Assembly: GCF_003704095.1 (NCBI RefSeq)
Contig: NW_020845073.1
Location: forward strand, 434,267 to 498,000
DNA from: Pocillopora damicornis
Lineage: Eukaryota
Length of the DNA: 63,734 nucleotides
Reading direction: 5' to 3'
Part shown: one piece after another, positions 11,022 to 21,942 of the stretch
Layout: every line of letters starts with the position of its first letter
Numbering within the stretch: position 1 is the first letter of the stretch
The notes under the pieces: generated by a model
What the model was told of the DNA's origin: nothing
Database searches by the model: none
What the model saw: the letters and a program-made list of their open reading frames with translations, nothing else
Made by a program: the position numbers and the translations under genes

Positions 11022-14000
11022 TCAGAGGTCTTCAGCTGACTCCACACCTTCCTCTGTATCACCCCTGTAGCCAAGATCAGCCTCTGAAGTTACACCACTG
11101 CCAAGAACTGCCATCTGTTCCTTCAAACCCTTCAGAGTATTTGACCGACCACGATCTTCTTCCGTGTACGTAGTTGGTTCTGGTGTAGCAAGTCCTCGAC
11201 CTCCTGACACTTCTTCCTCCACTTCGGTGTCAGAATTCACCGGAGTGATCGCTTCATCCGCAGCGCTGTCGACAAGAGCATAGTCTGTATCCAGCGACGT
11301 AGAGCTACCTCCTGGTACGGCGGTCATGTAAGCTGCAGTATCAGTATCGGAGGTGATGTCCTCCCTTGCACTCATAAAGGACTCTGTATCACTGTCTGGC
11401 TCCGGACTGCCGTCTTGGTCTGCTTGTTCATCATACTCGTCTTCTTCATTTATGACGGTGTTTTTGGAGATTTCCATGAGCGAACCCGAAGGAGACATAT
11501 CACCAGTAACTTTATTAGGCTCATTTTCAGCAGAACTGAATGACTTCTTGATTGAATATTGTTTATTACCAGGCATCCCTTTGAATGATTCAAAATTAAT
11601 TTCATAGGTTACTTTCGGCTTTGCTTGTGATGATGAAGAATGCGCAGACGACTTCTGTTCAAGGCGCGAGGCGGAAACCTCCATCGCATTTTCGTGTCCG
11701 TTACTTTGCGTGACAGTTCGGTGTACCTCGGACGCAACTACGTGGCGAGTCACTGTTGTACTTTCGTTAGAAGCTTTAAACACATGACTTTCCGAGTCGG
11801 CTGACGGTGATAGACTTTGAAGTTGCGTGACACTTGGCGTCACGGAGACAATGACGTTATCAGTGTCACGTTCAGGCAGTGTCACGGTACTTACATAGGA
11901 CTGTTTAGAAGAAATCACCTGTCGGTGAACAGTACTTGTTACGGTCTTCACGGAAGTCTCATTTTTTTCCGACACATGGCGGCTGCCAGTGAAAGTCGCT
12001 GCTATTGTCCTTCGCGATGAAGGTGCGATATTCAAACTGCTTCGGTATCCTCCTGCCTTTTCTTGGCTGATGACAGATTCTACGTGACCGGTAGTCTCAG
12101 AAATTTCAGGCTGTGACTGCACGCTATCCGTCAAAACAGCTCTGACCTCTTGCTCCTTAACGACACCCAGAGCTGCTTGCCCTTCATTAGGCATACCTGG
12201 CGCTGAATAAGCGGGCGGTGGGACGTAATCTTTAGAAATGGTCTTTACTAATGCAGCTTTCACTGGCGAATCCCTTTCAGCAGTCACCGGTCCATGCAGC
12301 TCCGCGCCACCGTCAGGAGCATCTACAAGAAGAGCGCCATCCAGCAAGTCGCTTCCAGCAGGTTTAGACTGTAAACCAGTGCTGCTGTGTAATGGTACGG
12401 TTTCGATGAGATCTTGGAGTGCCTCTTCTTTAATATCTCCATTAGTCTTAGCCAATGGAAAACTTTCTTGTAGTTCAGTATTGCTTTGCATAACCTCCTG
12501 AGGTGCTCCCTCTCTAAGGACTCCATTATGTGACGCTGAAGTGATCTCAACCGGCGTCTCCTGCAATCCACTTTTACCGGTCTTTTCATCTGGTGGAGGT
12601 CCTAAACAATAACGAAGCGAAAATTGTCAGTATCCAACGAAATCGCCATAGAGATAACTCTAGTGTTCGTATTTGTTTTGCCTCACTTCAAGGTCGCCTT
12701 TTTATTTGTGGAGAAAATCTGCGTCTCCCTGCAAAACCGATATCTTTTCGCGAATTTGACAGACGTTTTTCCGTGCTTCGTTTGCCTTCGTTTTCAGTTC
12801 CAATTGGTTCCCTGTGATACACTCGATTCTATTTGTTCAAAGTAATATCTCTAGATTCCTTAAATTCAAATATCAATCGTGAAGCTCTTCAGAAAAACAC
12901 CAAGGGAACAGTTAATTATTCAGAATTTTTTTGAATAAATGACGACAGAAAAAGCGTGTGACTTTTACCCGTTTCATGTTCATTGGCAGTTGATGACACC
13001 TCAACCTCGCGAACTGCAAACTGCCTCTTAATCATTTCCTCGTTGATGTTCACATCCTGCGGTGGAATATCATGCAAAGATCTTTGAATTTCAGTTGAAA
13101 ATGGTTAGAGCTAGGATTGTATTTTTTCTTTTTTAATTTCTAGATAATTATGTGAATATTTTTTTTTGTCTTTATTTATTATTTGTTGTTCGAGCTATTC
13201 TTCCACCAGAATGAATCTTGACGCCTTCAGCTGTAATTAAGTGCTCTCACTAACTATCTAATTTTTGGCAAGCAAGAGCATATTTTCTCGTGATACGTTT
13301 GGCTGCTAACTGGGATTTTTAAAACAGAGGAATGCTGAGGAGAGAAAAAAATTATACTAAGGGGGGTGAGTGATAGGCAAAAGAGATATGATGGAATGTC
13401 GTTATTCACCCTCTCCTCTCTCTACACGCATAAACCTTACAAATCAGTAAGTGATTGGAAGCCTGTTACCCCAACAGGCTCTCTCTCCCTCCCCATTGCT
13501 AGCCAAGATAAACACAATCATTACTTACAGTTGGTCCTGTGGTGTCAATCAACTCAAGGCAAGGTATCTCCCCTCTGTATTTCACCACTCTTGCCATCAG
13601 AGAAACCCACTGTGCACAGTGGCTGAGGTGGTCAAAGTCATCAATTGATTCTTGACTCCACTCACCATCTAAACAACATGAAGAGTGATTTTGAAGCAAT
13701 AAGCATAATATAAATTTTGTACATTTATGACCATAAAATGAGTCCTTTCTTTCTGTAAAAGATAAAAATTATATTTATTAAATATTGTAGTGAGTTAATA
13801 GTCAGTCAGTTGAGAAAACCAAAAAGAGCACTCAAGAGACAAACAACAGTTGCTGTTGTTAAGGAAAACAGTTTCTCATTTTCTTTTTTTTATGCATGAT
13901 GCCCTCTGTTTTTCACAGCCCTGATTTACGGCTCATTTCTACAAACTGAGAGTCTAGCAAAGGCCACAAGAATTATTGTAGGGAACTATGATAGTAATTA

Positions 14001-17000
14001 GAAGGCAAAACTGTAACCAGACAAGCAAAATATTTATTGTATAATGGTTATACACAAATGCATCTTTGTCAACAATTTTGTGACCCAAAAAAGATTATTC
14101 TTCTTTGTTGGGTGAGAACAGAAGGCAACACTTGTTGAAAATTTGCACAAGAAGCATTAGTTTGATCATCTACTACATTAACAGTGAACCTAGTCAAATG
14201 TAAAATCACGATCCTATTACACACACACTTTTCAGTCATAAACCAAAATATCTGAAATAAGGTGAATAAAAGCTCCCAATTTCGGTCTATACAGATAATT
14301 TTAATCTCACAATAACTTCTGATACTTCATTTAAACAGTAATTTTAATACTAAGTGAGAATGATAAATATGTATCCATGAATTTGACTGCCTTTTAGATT
14401 TTTTATTTTTTTGTATGTCTAAGCACCTGGAAACCTATGTAGTGTATATTATACCTTTAGGTGTTACACCTGCCAGCCAACATTCAACAGCTTGGAATGG
14501 TAGCCGCTTGTGTTCTGGTCTATAAAAGGAAAGAAAACCTCACTAAGTAAAGTCAGTGATACTTAGGGATAGCAACACTGCATTCATGCTACAGCATACA
14601 AAACAGTATTAAAATGAATTGACCAAAAAACATTAATTTACAGCTCAATTCAATCAGATACAATGTTGCTGTGAATCAAGACAAGTTATTGGACTATAAT
14701 TAAATGATGATACTTGATAGCTCTCCGGAATTTCAACTGCTTAATTGTTCCATTATTTCAGAGTCTCACATAGATGTAAAGCTCTTGTTGGTATTTCAAC
14801 AATGAGATCATTACCAACTAATTGTCTTTAAGCATCCAAAAGAAATATAGAATTGAACTGGTTTTGTTGTCTAATACCCTAAGAGACAAATTCCCGTCAC
14901 CTTTTGAACCATTCATGCACAAAACTACAACAAACACGAACTGTTTGTTCTTCAGCAGGTTCCTTGCATTAACATTTATACTTAACGTAACGTACTCACT
15001 CACATCTTGGAGTGGACATTGTTTAGATAATTCATTACTGTTATGTTAATTTGGTTTTACAGCACTTGCTGAACAGTGCATTACATACTCAAGACTTCAC
15101 TTACTGTAGTTCCCTTAATTTGTCTTTGGCAACCCTTCCTGAGTCTCCATAATCCACATAATACAAATCCACTACACCTTCTTTGTTGATTTCTGTAATA
15201 CGGGCCCTGTACCAAGAGGAATCATACTCAAAGGGTGCACAGCAAATGTCTCCAACCTTAAAGGAATTTAGAACAGCTTGTGATTCAGAGGAGGCGTATA
15301 ATAGTGTCAAGTTTTTTGTGAGCTGATCCAGATCAGGTGAGTCCTTAGTGAGTAGCTGTACCCAAAAATGTCCTGGATTTTCAAAAGCTGATACAAATAC
15401 TTCAAAGAAGTCGTCTTTTGCAGGAAACTGTACAACCCCTGTTATTGGTGAAGCTAAAAGACAAAAGACATTTCAAATTTCAATAGTAAGTGATGTTTCA
15501 GCACCCCTGATTTAAACTACAGTGACTTAAGTAAGGAGCCATATACCATTTAATAAATTTTCTTAATTGTGGTTTGAGCTAATACTAATATGTAGCATCA
15601 CTATTTTAGAAACTCATAATCATTTACTGAAAGCTTTCTATGATGTCTCTCATAATTGTTATAACTCCCTTGGAAAGTTGAAGAATGCATAACTCAGTTA
15701 CCGATAATTAGTATTTCCAACTAATGTATATACAATTTTCTAAAAGGGAAACATGGCAAGGAAAGTTCTCTACTTTCAAATTAATAGCTCAAGTGTAAAC
15801 AGACTGTCCACAAGAGTAAATGGAAAGGAGGTAAATGAATGAAGTAGATAAATGGAAGAGAAAGGATTTGATCTAGTGATTCAATTAATACAAGGAAGAA
15901 AACCAGGTAAGTGATCAAGAAACAGAGGAACACAATGTTGCAGTTTTCTCAGCAAAGGCTAAGCACAAGCTCAGACAGATAAAAATTACAGTAGCATACA
16001 ATTTACATGTAGAATATTAATCAATATTAGAATATATTCAAAAAGTCTTCTATTCATTCACCTAGACCAAAAAAAAAAAGAAACAATAAATATATAAGTG
16101 ATATACCAACTGCACTTTCAAGTTTCCTTGGTGGACGTCTATTTCTCGGCACTCCAGCATCTCCCCTGCGAGCACGAATTTCATTATCTTCAGCCAACTT
16201 CTCATTTAGTAGTCCCTTAGCAGTAGCTATTTGATCAGAAGTCCCAATGACTGTGCATTTCCGTATAGGGCTGGAAATGTCATCACCATTACGATCAATC
16301 CTTATTTTAGCACCTACCAAGTGATTAAAAACAAAAATTAATGACAGAAGATAGCATTGTACAAAAAACACCAACTTAAAGTCAAATAAGCCATCACAAA
16401 TATTCACTTTTAACCCTTTAACTCCCAGGATCTGATTCTTAATTCTCTTCTCTGGCTGCTACACAATTCCCTCTGGGATAGTTACAAGAATTTGGTGTTT
16501 GATCAAGTTAAAAACTTCTACTTGATAAGCTGGAGTATTCTCATTAGCTGTTTGCTGGATAATGCATGGATATTATAGGGAGAAGTTACATGTTAATCAC
16601 TTTGAGGAGTTAAAGGGTTAAAAATGTTCAGTTTCTCTTAACATGATGAATATTAAGAAACTTTAGAAATGACAAAATTATGATAGATCACAAATGTTGA
16701 GTGGAACACTAGTATTTACAATATCTGGGGATAAAGTTCGTTTCACTTTCTCCAAATGAATAAAAAACTTATCCAATAAAATTTTTGAGTTTTTTTTCAA
16801 AAAATAGTGTTGTCCCACAAGGGTTATGAAATCCAGAAACTTAAATTTCAGAGTAAATTATAGCTAGTTTTCTGGAAAACTACAGTCGAATTATCGTTGC
16901 TTTTCATTTGATCTTCTTTCCTTGCAAATCACGTTGGGTTCCCTTGTTGAATATTGATGTTTGCTTACTGTAAGATTTAGCTTCAACTCTTAAGGAAGTT

Positions 17001-17540
17001 TATTTTGCTCTAGAGTGAGTACATTTACCGAAAATAAACAAATGTAACTTTACCTGAAACAGATGACATATGACGTATTGTCTGTCCTCCTTTACCAATA
17101 ATTCTTCCGCAAGCATGCTGGGGCACGAAAACTTCTTCCGATCTTATCACTGGTTGCTCTGCAATAACTTTCTTTACAACAATTTCGGCCCTTTTGACCT
17201 TTTCACGTTCTCCTTGAATAAGCAATGTTCTATCTTTACCTTGGCCTTCTTCATCTTCATCTATCAAATTCATACGAACTCCAGTGTCTTTTTCTATCTT
17301 TTTAATATTAGCTCCAGATTTTCCTATTATAACACCGACCACGGCTCGAGGGATTTTGACCTCGAGAGTTCTTTGGTTAGCGGATGCCACAACATCGCTT
17401 TCTTCAACGTGGCTAAAATCCTCATCTTCCTCTCCAAATTGGGAATTCTGCCGTCTCCTGTACCACAGATACAGTAATAATGCCACTAAAGGAACCCCAA
17501 TTGCAATAGCCGCTCTCTGTTCGACGGAAATGGTAGGCAT
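11022..17540 (-). CDS. TDRKH: Tudor and KH domain-containing protein (TDRKH/Papi), 971 aa; exons 17540-17054, 16313-16107, 15453-15105, 14519-14455, 13668-13529, 13056-12969, 12601-11022
   Basis: N-terminal TM (AIAIGVPLVALLLYLWYRRR); two KH domains (IIGKSGANIKKI, IIGKGGQTIRHM); extended Tudor (FEVFVSAFENPGHFWVQ...WYRARI...YYVDYGD...LPFQAVEC). All junctions GT-AG with matching phases (1,1,2,1,0,1). Confidence 0.9.
16410..16621. mobile_element. piggyBac-type MITE (204 bp plus TTAA target duplications) in TDRKH intron 1
   Basis: TTAA|CCCTTTAACTCC ... GGAGTTAAAGGG|TTAA: perfect 12-bp TIR and TTAA TSD. Confidence 0.85.
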
Positions 17541-17817
17541 TTTTAATAGCTTCGCGAAAAATATTGCAAACTGAAAGTAATTGCAGCTGTGGCACCTGGC
17601 AGGTAAATGGACCCAAGTTGTCTGGAAACTAGTAAGTCCCTAAGGATCATGGTACATAAGGTCCTCCTGAGACCCCACATTTTAGGTCCCCTATGAAAGG
17701 GACTTAAAGAGTGATCCCAAATGATTACTATTCGGAAAATGGTCCTCTCGACGGGGATACGTGACTGAAGTACAATACGTGAGCAAAAACAACAATTTAC
17801 GCCTGATCGTGACTGAA
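17541..17817. promoter_or_regulatory. Head-to-head intergenic region between TDRKH (-) and RFK exon 1a (+); probable bidirectional promoter
   Basis: The divergent ATGs at 17540 and 17818 are separated by 277 bp; TSSs are not visible. Confidence 0.45.
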
Positions 17818-17941
17818 ATGGTCCTCACACGGCAAGGAAGACAAGTCAGTAATTCGGCTTTGCCATTTCTGCCTTTGTTTCTTCGGGCTGCAGTCGTAAA
17901 AGGAATGAGGAGGGGTGGAAAAGAGTTGGGTATTCCTACAG
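17818..17941 (+). CDS. RFK: Alternative (duplicated) first coding exon 1a of riboflavin kinase
   Basis: MVLTRQGRQVSNSALPFLPLFLRAAVVKGMRRGGKELGIPT G|gtatga. Same phase-1 donor position as exon 1b, so it splices in frame to exon 2 (20299) and completes PTAN. Confidence 0.7.
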
Positions 17942-18501
17942 GTATGACATAACATAACTGGTTTTCTATACTATTCTTATGTTTACTGATTCCGTGCGGA
18001 GCCGACTTTACAAATACGATCGATCATGTAAGTGTACATGTAAGCTTGTGAAGACGCGAGCTATCTTTAATGTCTGAGGCTAGAAAATAAACAGAAAATA
18101 ACTAGAGGTGGTTTCGTGAAATGATTACTTTTTTGCAACTTGATCGCAGCTCAGAGAATACTTAGATAGCCTTAGTGGTATTGTCAGACTCCGGTTGTCT
18201 CGAGACAACCCGAAACAAAGATAGATAAATATTCAGCTTGCCTTAGATTTATAAAATTGGATACTCGAACGTGTTAATTTAACAAAAAAGGTCTAAAGAT
18301 CACGTAGTATAGCCCAGTCATAATTTGAGAGGTCTTTTAGCAATGCTGTTAGGGTTTCTCAAGTCTAGCTCTCTTCCGTGGTACCTAAGTTTGGCTATTG
18401 CGCAATTTTTTATGGTCTGCGGTTTCAAACACGTGAAGAGCGACATCCAATCTGAAAAATCCTGTTGCTGAGAGTCACCCCTACTTCTTACGGTGGCTAA
18501 A

Positions 18502-21500
18502 ATGCCTTCAGATATCATTACGAACTTTTGGCCATACTTTTGCCGAGGAGAAGTTGTTAAAGGTTTCGGCAGAGGAAGCAAAGAATTAGGAATTCCGACC
18601 GGTGAGTGTCGTGCGAAGAAATTGGATTCAAGCGGATCCAAGTGTTCGTTTTTCACGCAGTGGGAAAATAATATTACATCTACGTATTCGGTTCGGATTT
18701 ACTTGTTGCCAATTTTGTTCTGAGAAATCGTATTTGACATTGACTGAAAGTGGATTAAGCTAGCGCTAAAAGTCGTGTTCATCGAAGTTCTTCGCGATGC
18801 TATTTCGGCCGTTGATTAAATTTCGGTGTGGTCATCATGCTGTGCTATTTGTAGCGGAACTTTGCGCGACTCACGCAAATTTTGCTGTGTCATATATTTA
18901 TTTGCATTTTATTTTCATTTCTTTCTTCTGACCGATAACCTGGACTTAGATACTCGAGTGACATAGCACTGACAGAGTCCACTGAAAAATGTAATTCGCA
19001 TTTAGTGTTCGATTACGTAGGCGTTTCTCTCTCTTTCTTTCTTTTTCTTCTGTTTAGTCAAGGTGACCTACGATCGAGCTAATAATATAATTCCCATTTT
19101 TCTTAAAAGAATAGGATGTCAAAATGGTTTTGTGGTTTTTTTTTCTGCAAAACAGGACACATGTGAGCGATGTGTTGTAAAAATCTTTCAGCTGTAGTGA
19201 TATCAGTTATATATGAGAACAGTAGACTATCACAGAGTATTCAGTAAAGTGGGTAACATACACTAGAAAGGAGAGAGTATTCGTTAGAATTTGTTTTTAA
19301 AAGGATTCAAGTGTGCCATTTATTTGGACACTGGGTTTAAATTGAACCAGCTTCTGATTATGATGAAATTTCTTATATATCAAGACAACTTGCTTGGGGA
19401 TCTATGCTGTCCAGTGTACATTGCTTAAAAATAAAACCAAACTAACTTTAAGTTCCCTTTGAGGAAACTGGTTAATGGAACTTGCTAGTCAAATGTGTAA
19501 TCCCTTATCCAGAAGAATCTGATGCTTCTTCTTTTAACCCTTCAGCTCCCAAGATAATAATAATAATATACAGTATTTATAGAGCGCTAATTCCCAATGG
19601 TCCAAAAGCACTTTACATAATAAAAATAACAAAATCCTAAACCTACAAAACTACATTGTCATTCTATAAAAATTCCCAATGGTCCAAAAGCGCTTTAAAT
19701 AATAAAAATAAGAACAAAATCCTAAACCTACAAAACTACATTGTCATCCTATAAAAACATCATCATTCTATACAACATCATAACCAATTTTAAAAAGCCA
19801 CGTCTTGAGCTTAGATTTAAAAGAAGAAAGGGAATTACAAGATCTAAGTTCGAATGGAAGTGCATTCCAAACAGAAAGTGCGGCAAGATCCCATTAGTAA
19901 TTCTCCTAACTGTCTGCCATATAGTTCTTGTGATGTTAGTTTGAGTAATCTGGTATTGAATCAACTAATAATCCCCTCATTAAGTTTTTTCTTTATTCTC
20001 ATCACTTGTCTGCTCAATATTGTATTGATATTGTAAGGAGAAATTCTGTCTTGGTCACTCATGGGAGTTAAAGGGTTTATGTCTCTGATGATTTGCTGAT
20101 ATTCAAGCTCATCCAGGAATGTCAAAAGTTCTATTAATGTACTATCATCCTTTCTTCTCTGGATTAGCTCAAAGGCTGACCTGCCATTTTTAGCACTAAT
20201 AGAGCTTCAGAGAGTTATAATAGACTGTTGGCCCCAAGATACCCTAGCATACATGCAGTAACCCACAGGTAAATAACCCTTCTTTTCTTTATTTGCAGCA
20301 AACTTCCCTACAAGTGTGGTGGATAATTTACCAGAGACAATAAGTACTGGAATATACTATGGTTGGGCAAGTGTTGATAGAGGACCTGTGTATAAGATGG
20401 TGATGAGTATAGGCTGGAATCCATTTTACAACAACACCAAAAAATCAATGGTAAGAGAAAGAAAAGGATACCTTGGATTCAGATCATTGATAGCAGCTCA
20501 AAGGAGTTTGAAACATCCCTCCGTAAAATATATTTTGCCGTTTATATTGAACAGTCCTATCTGGCAAATATCCTCCCTCTATGCTTAACTGTTTTAAAAA
20601 AAATTTGTGAAAATTATATTTGGGCAATTTTTTTATTTCTAGTGTATGATCAGAGGTAAACTTTGTTAATTTATTGGGTTTCAGGAGACTCATATAATTC
20701 ATACTTTTGAAAGTGATTTCTATGGATCAGAGCTTAGTGTGGTTATCCTTGGATTTATTCGACCAGAAAGAAATTATCCTTCATTAGGTTGGTATTAGTC
20801 ACATTTCTCAGTTCTTATGCTATATGCCTATGAATAGAAAAGGAAAGGGCACAACACTTTCCTCACTCTTTTTTATCCCTCTATCATTTCCTTTGCTGCC
20901 TTCTACATTTCAGTGTTGTTTCTCTATTTCTGTTTACTTGTCTGTTGATGTCATTTTTTACCATATGTAAAGAAAAAAAATATAGGGCCCACACCTGTGT
21001 TGATGTTCACAGTACCTTGTTCACTGGGCTGTTTTATTTCTCACCTACATATCAAATTCTAGAAATTGTTTACCAACTGCATAAAAACATTTTAAAATGT
21101 TATTGTAGGTGTGATCCCCCAAGGGATAGGTACAACTGTGCCATTATCACACCAGGCACTCAATTTCCTTTTTCAGGATCTATGTTGAACTTGTAACATG
21201 TGTTTTGATTCAACTGGGGTTTTCCAGCATACTAGGGCACGACTTTTACTGTTTCACTGGGGCTTAAATAGTTTCCTAAACATTTATTTCACTTATTTTT
21301 AATAATTAATTTTCTCTGTCTCAAGAAGGCTGTTGAAGTTGACCAGATTTGCTTCTTTTAAGTGCAGTATTCAAATTTTTTGTTCTTTGTGGCAGTAAAA
21401 ATAATAAACAGTTTATACAGTTGCATATTTTTCATTTGAGTTTGGTTTAAATTTTAAAGTAAATATTGAAATATAATGGAGCAAATAGTGCTTGATTTTG

Positions 21501-21942
21501 AAAAGAAGCCCATGACAATCAAATACATGTACTTGGTGTCAGAGTGGAGGAATATGTGGCAGATCTTGAGATAATATATAGATTAAGCCAAGCCTAAAAG
21601 CAGAGCACACATTTTTTTTTCTCGCACATCTCAAGGGCACAACGCCTTGCCCCAGCCAGGACTAGAACCTGGGTTGTCAGAGAGGAGGAATACATGGTAG
21701 ATCCATGAGATATGAGTCGGAAATTACAGAACAAGTTATGCCTAGATTCCTGCATTCTGTGAACAGAGTTAACCACACTCAGGTTCTGTGATAAAAGAAC
21801 TAATGGCTGTACTTCTGTTTCAGAATCTCTCATAGAAGCCATTCATTCAGATATTAAGGAGGCTGAACAAGCTCTTGAAAAGACTGAAAACAAAGAGTAT
21901 GCATCACATAGCTTTTTCAACAAAACGGATGATTGTACATAG
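18502..21942 (+). CDS. RFK: Riboflavin kinase, 157 aa; exons 18502-18601, 20299-20450, 20685-20787, 21824-21942
   Basis: PYFCRGEVVKGFGRGSKELGIPT|ANFP, GIYYGWA, KMVMSIGWNPFYNN, ETHIIHTFESDFYG, LGFIRPE, LIEAIHSDI are the RFK motifs; phases consistent. Confidence 0.95.
19534..20079. mobile_element. piggyBac-type MITE split by a nested LINE insertion (RFK intron 1)
   Basis: TTAA|CCCTTCAGCTCCCAAGAT at 19534-19555; the MITE resumes CAAGATCCCATTAG at 19884 and ends GGGAGTTAAAGGG|TTTA at 20075-20079. Confidence 0.8.
19556..19883 (-). mobile_element. 5'-truncated L2/CR1-clade LINE with 6-bp TSD (CAAGAT)
   Basis: Minus strand encodes AALSVWNALPFELRSCNSLSSFKSKLKTWLFKIGYDVV* (ORF2 C-terminus). The 3' UTR ends GCGCTCTATAAATACTGTATATTATTATTATT and has an 82-bp internal tandem duplication (19589/19671). 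Flanked by CAAGAT at 19550-19555 and 19884-19889. Confidence 0.85.

Noticed and set aside
11022-12566. Stand-alone 514-aa gene
   Set aside because: The ORF starts at TTG, and an in-phase acceptor at 12601 links it to TDRKH exon 6.
11353-12589. Plus-strand and alternative-frame ORFs (11353, 11817, 12238, 12323)
   Set aside because: Shadows of the long TDRKH last exon; no independent motifs or splice support.
11022-17540. AKAP1 as an alternative identity
   Set aside because: AKAP1 has one KH domain after a long disordered region; here two KH domains directly follow the TM, as in TDRKH.
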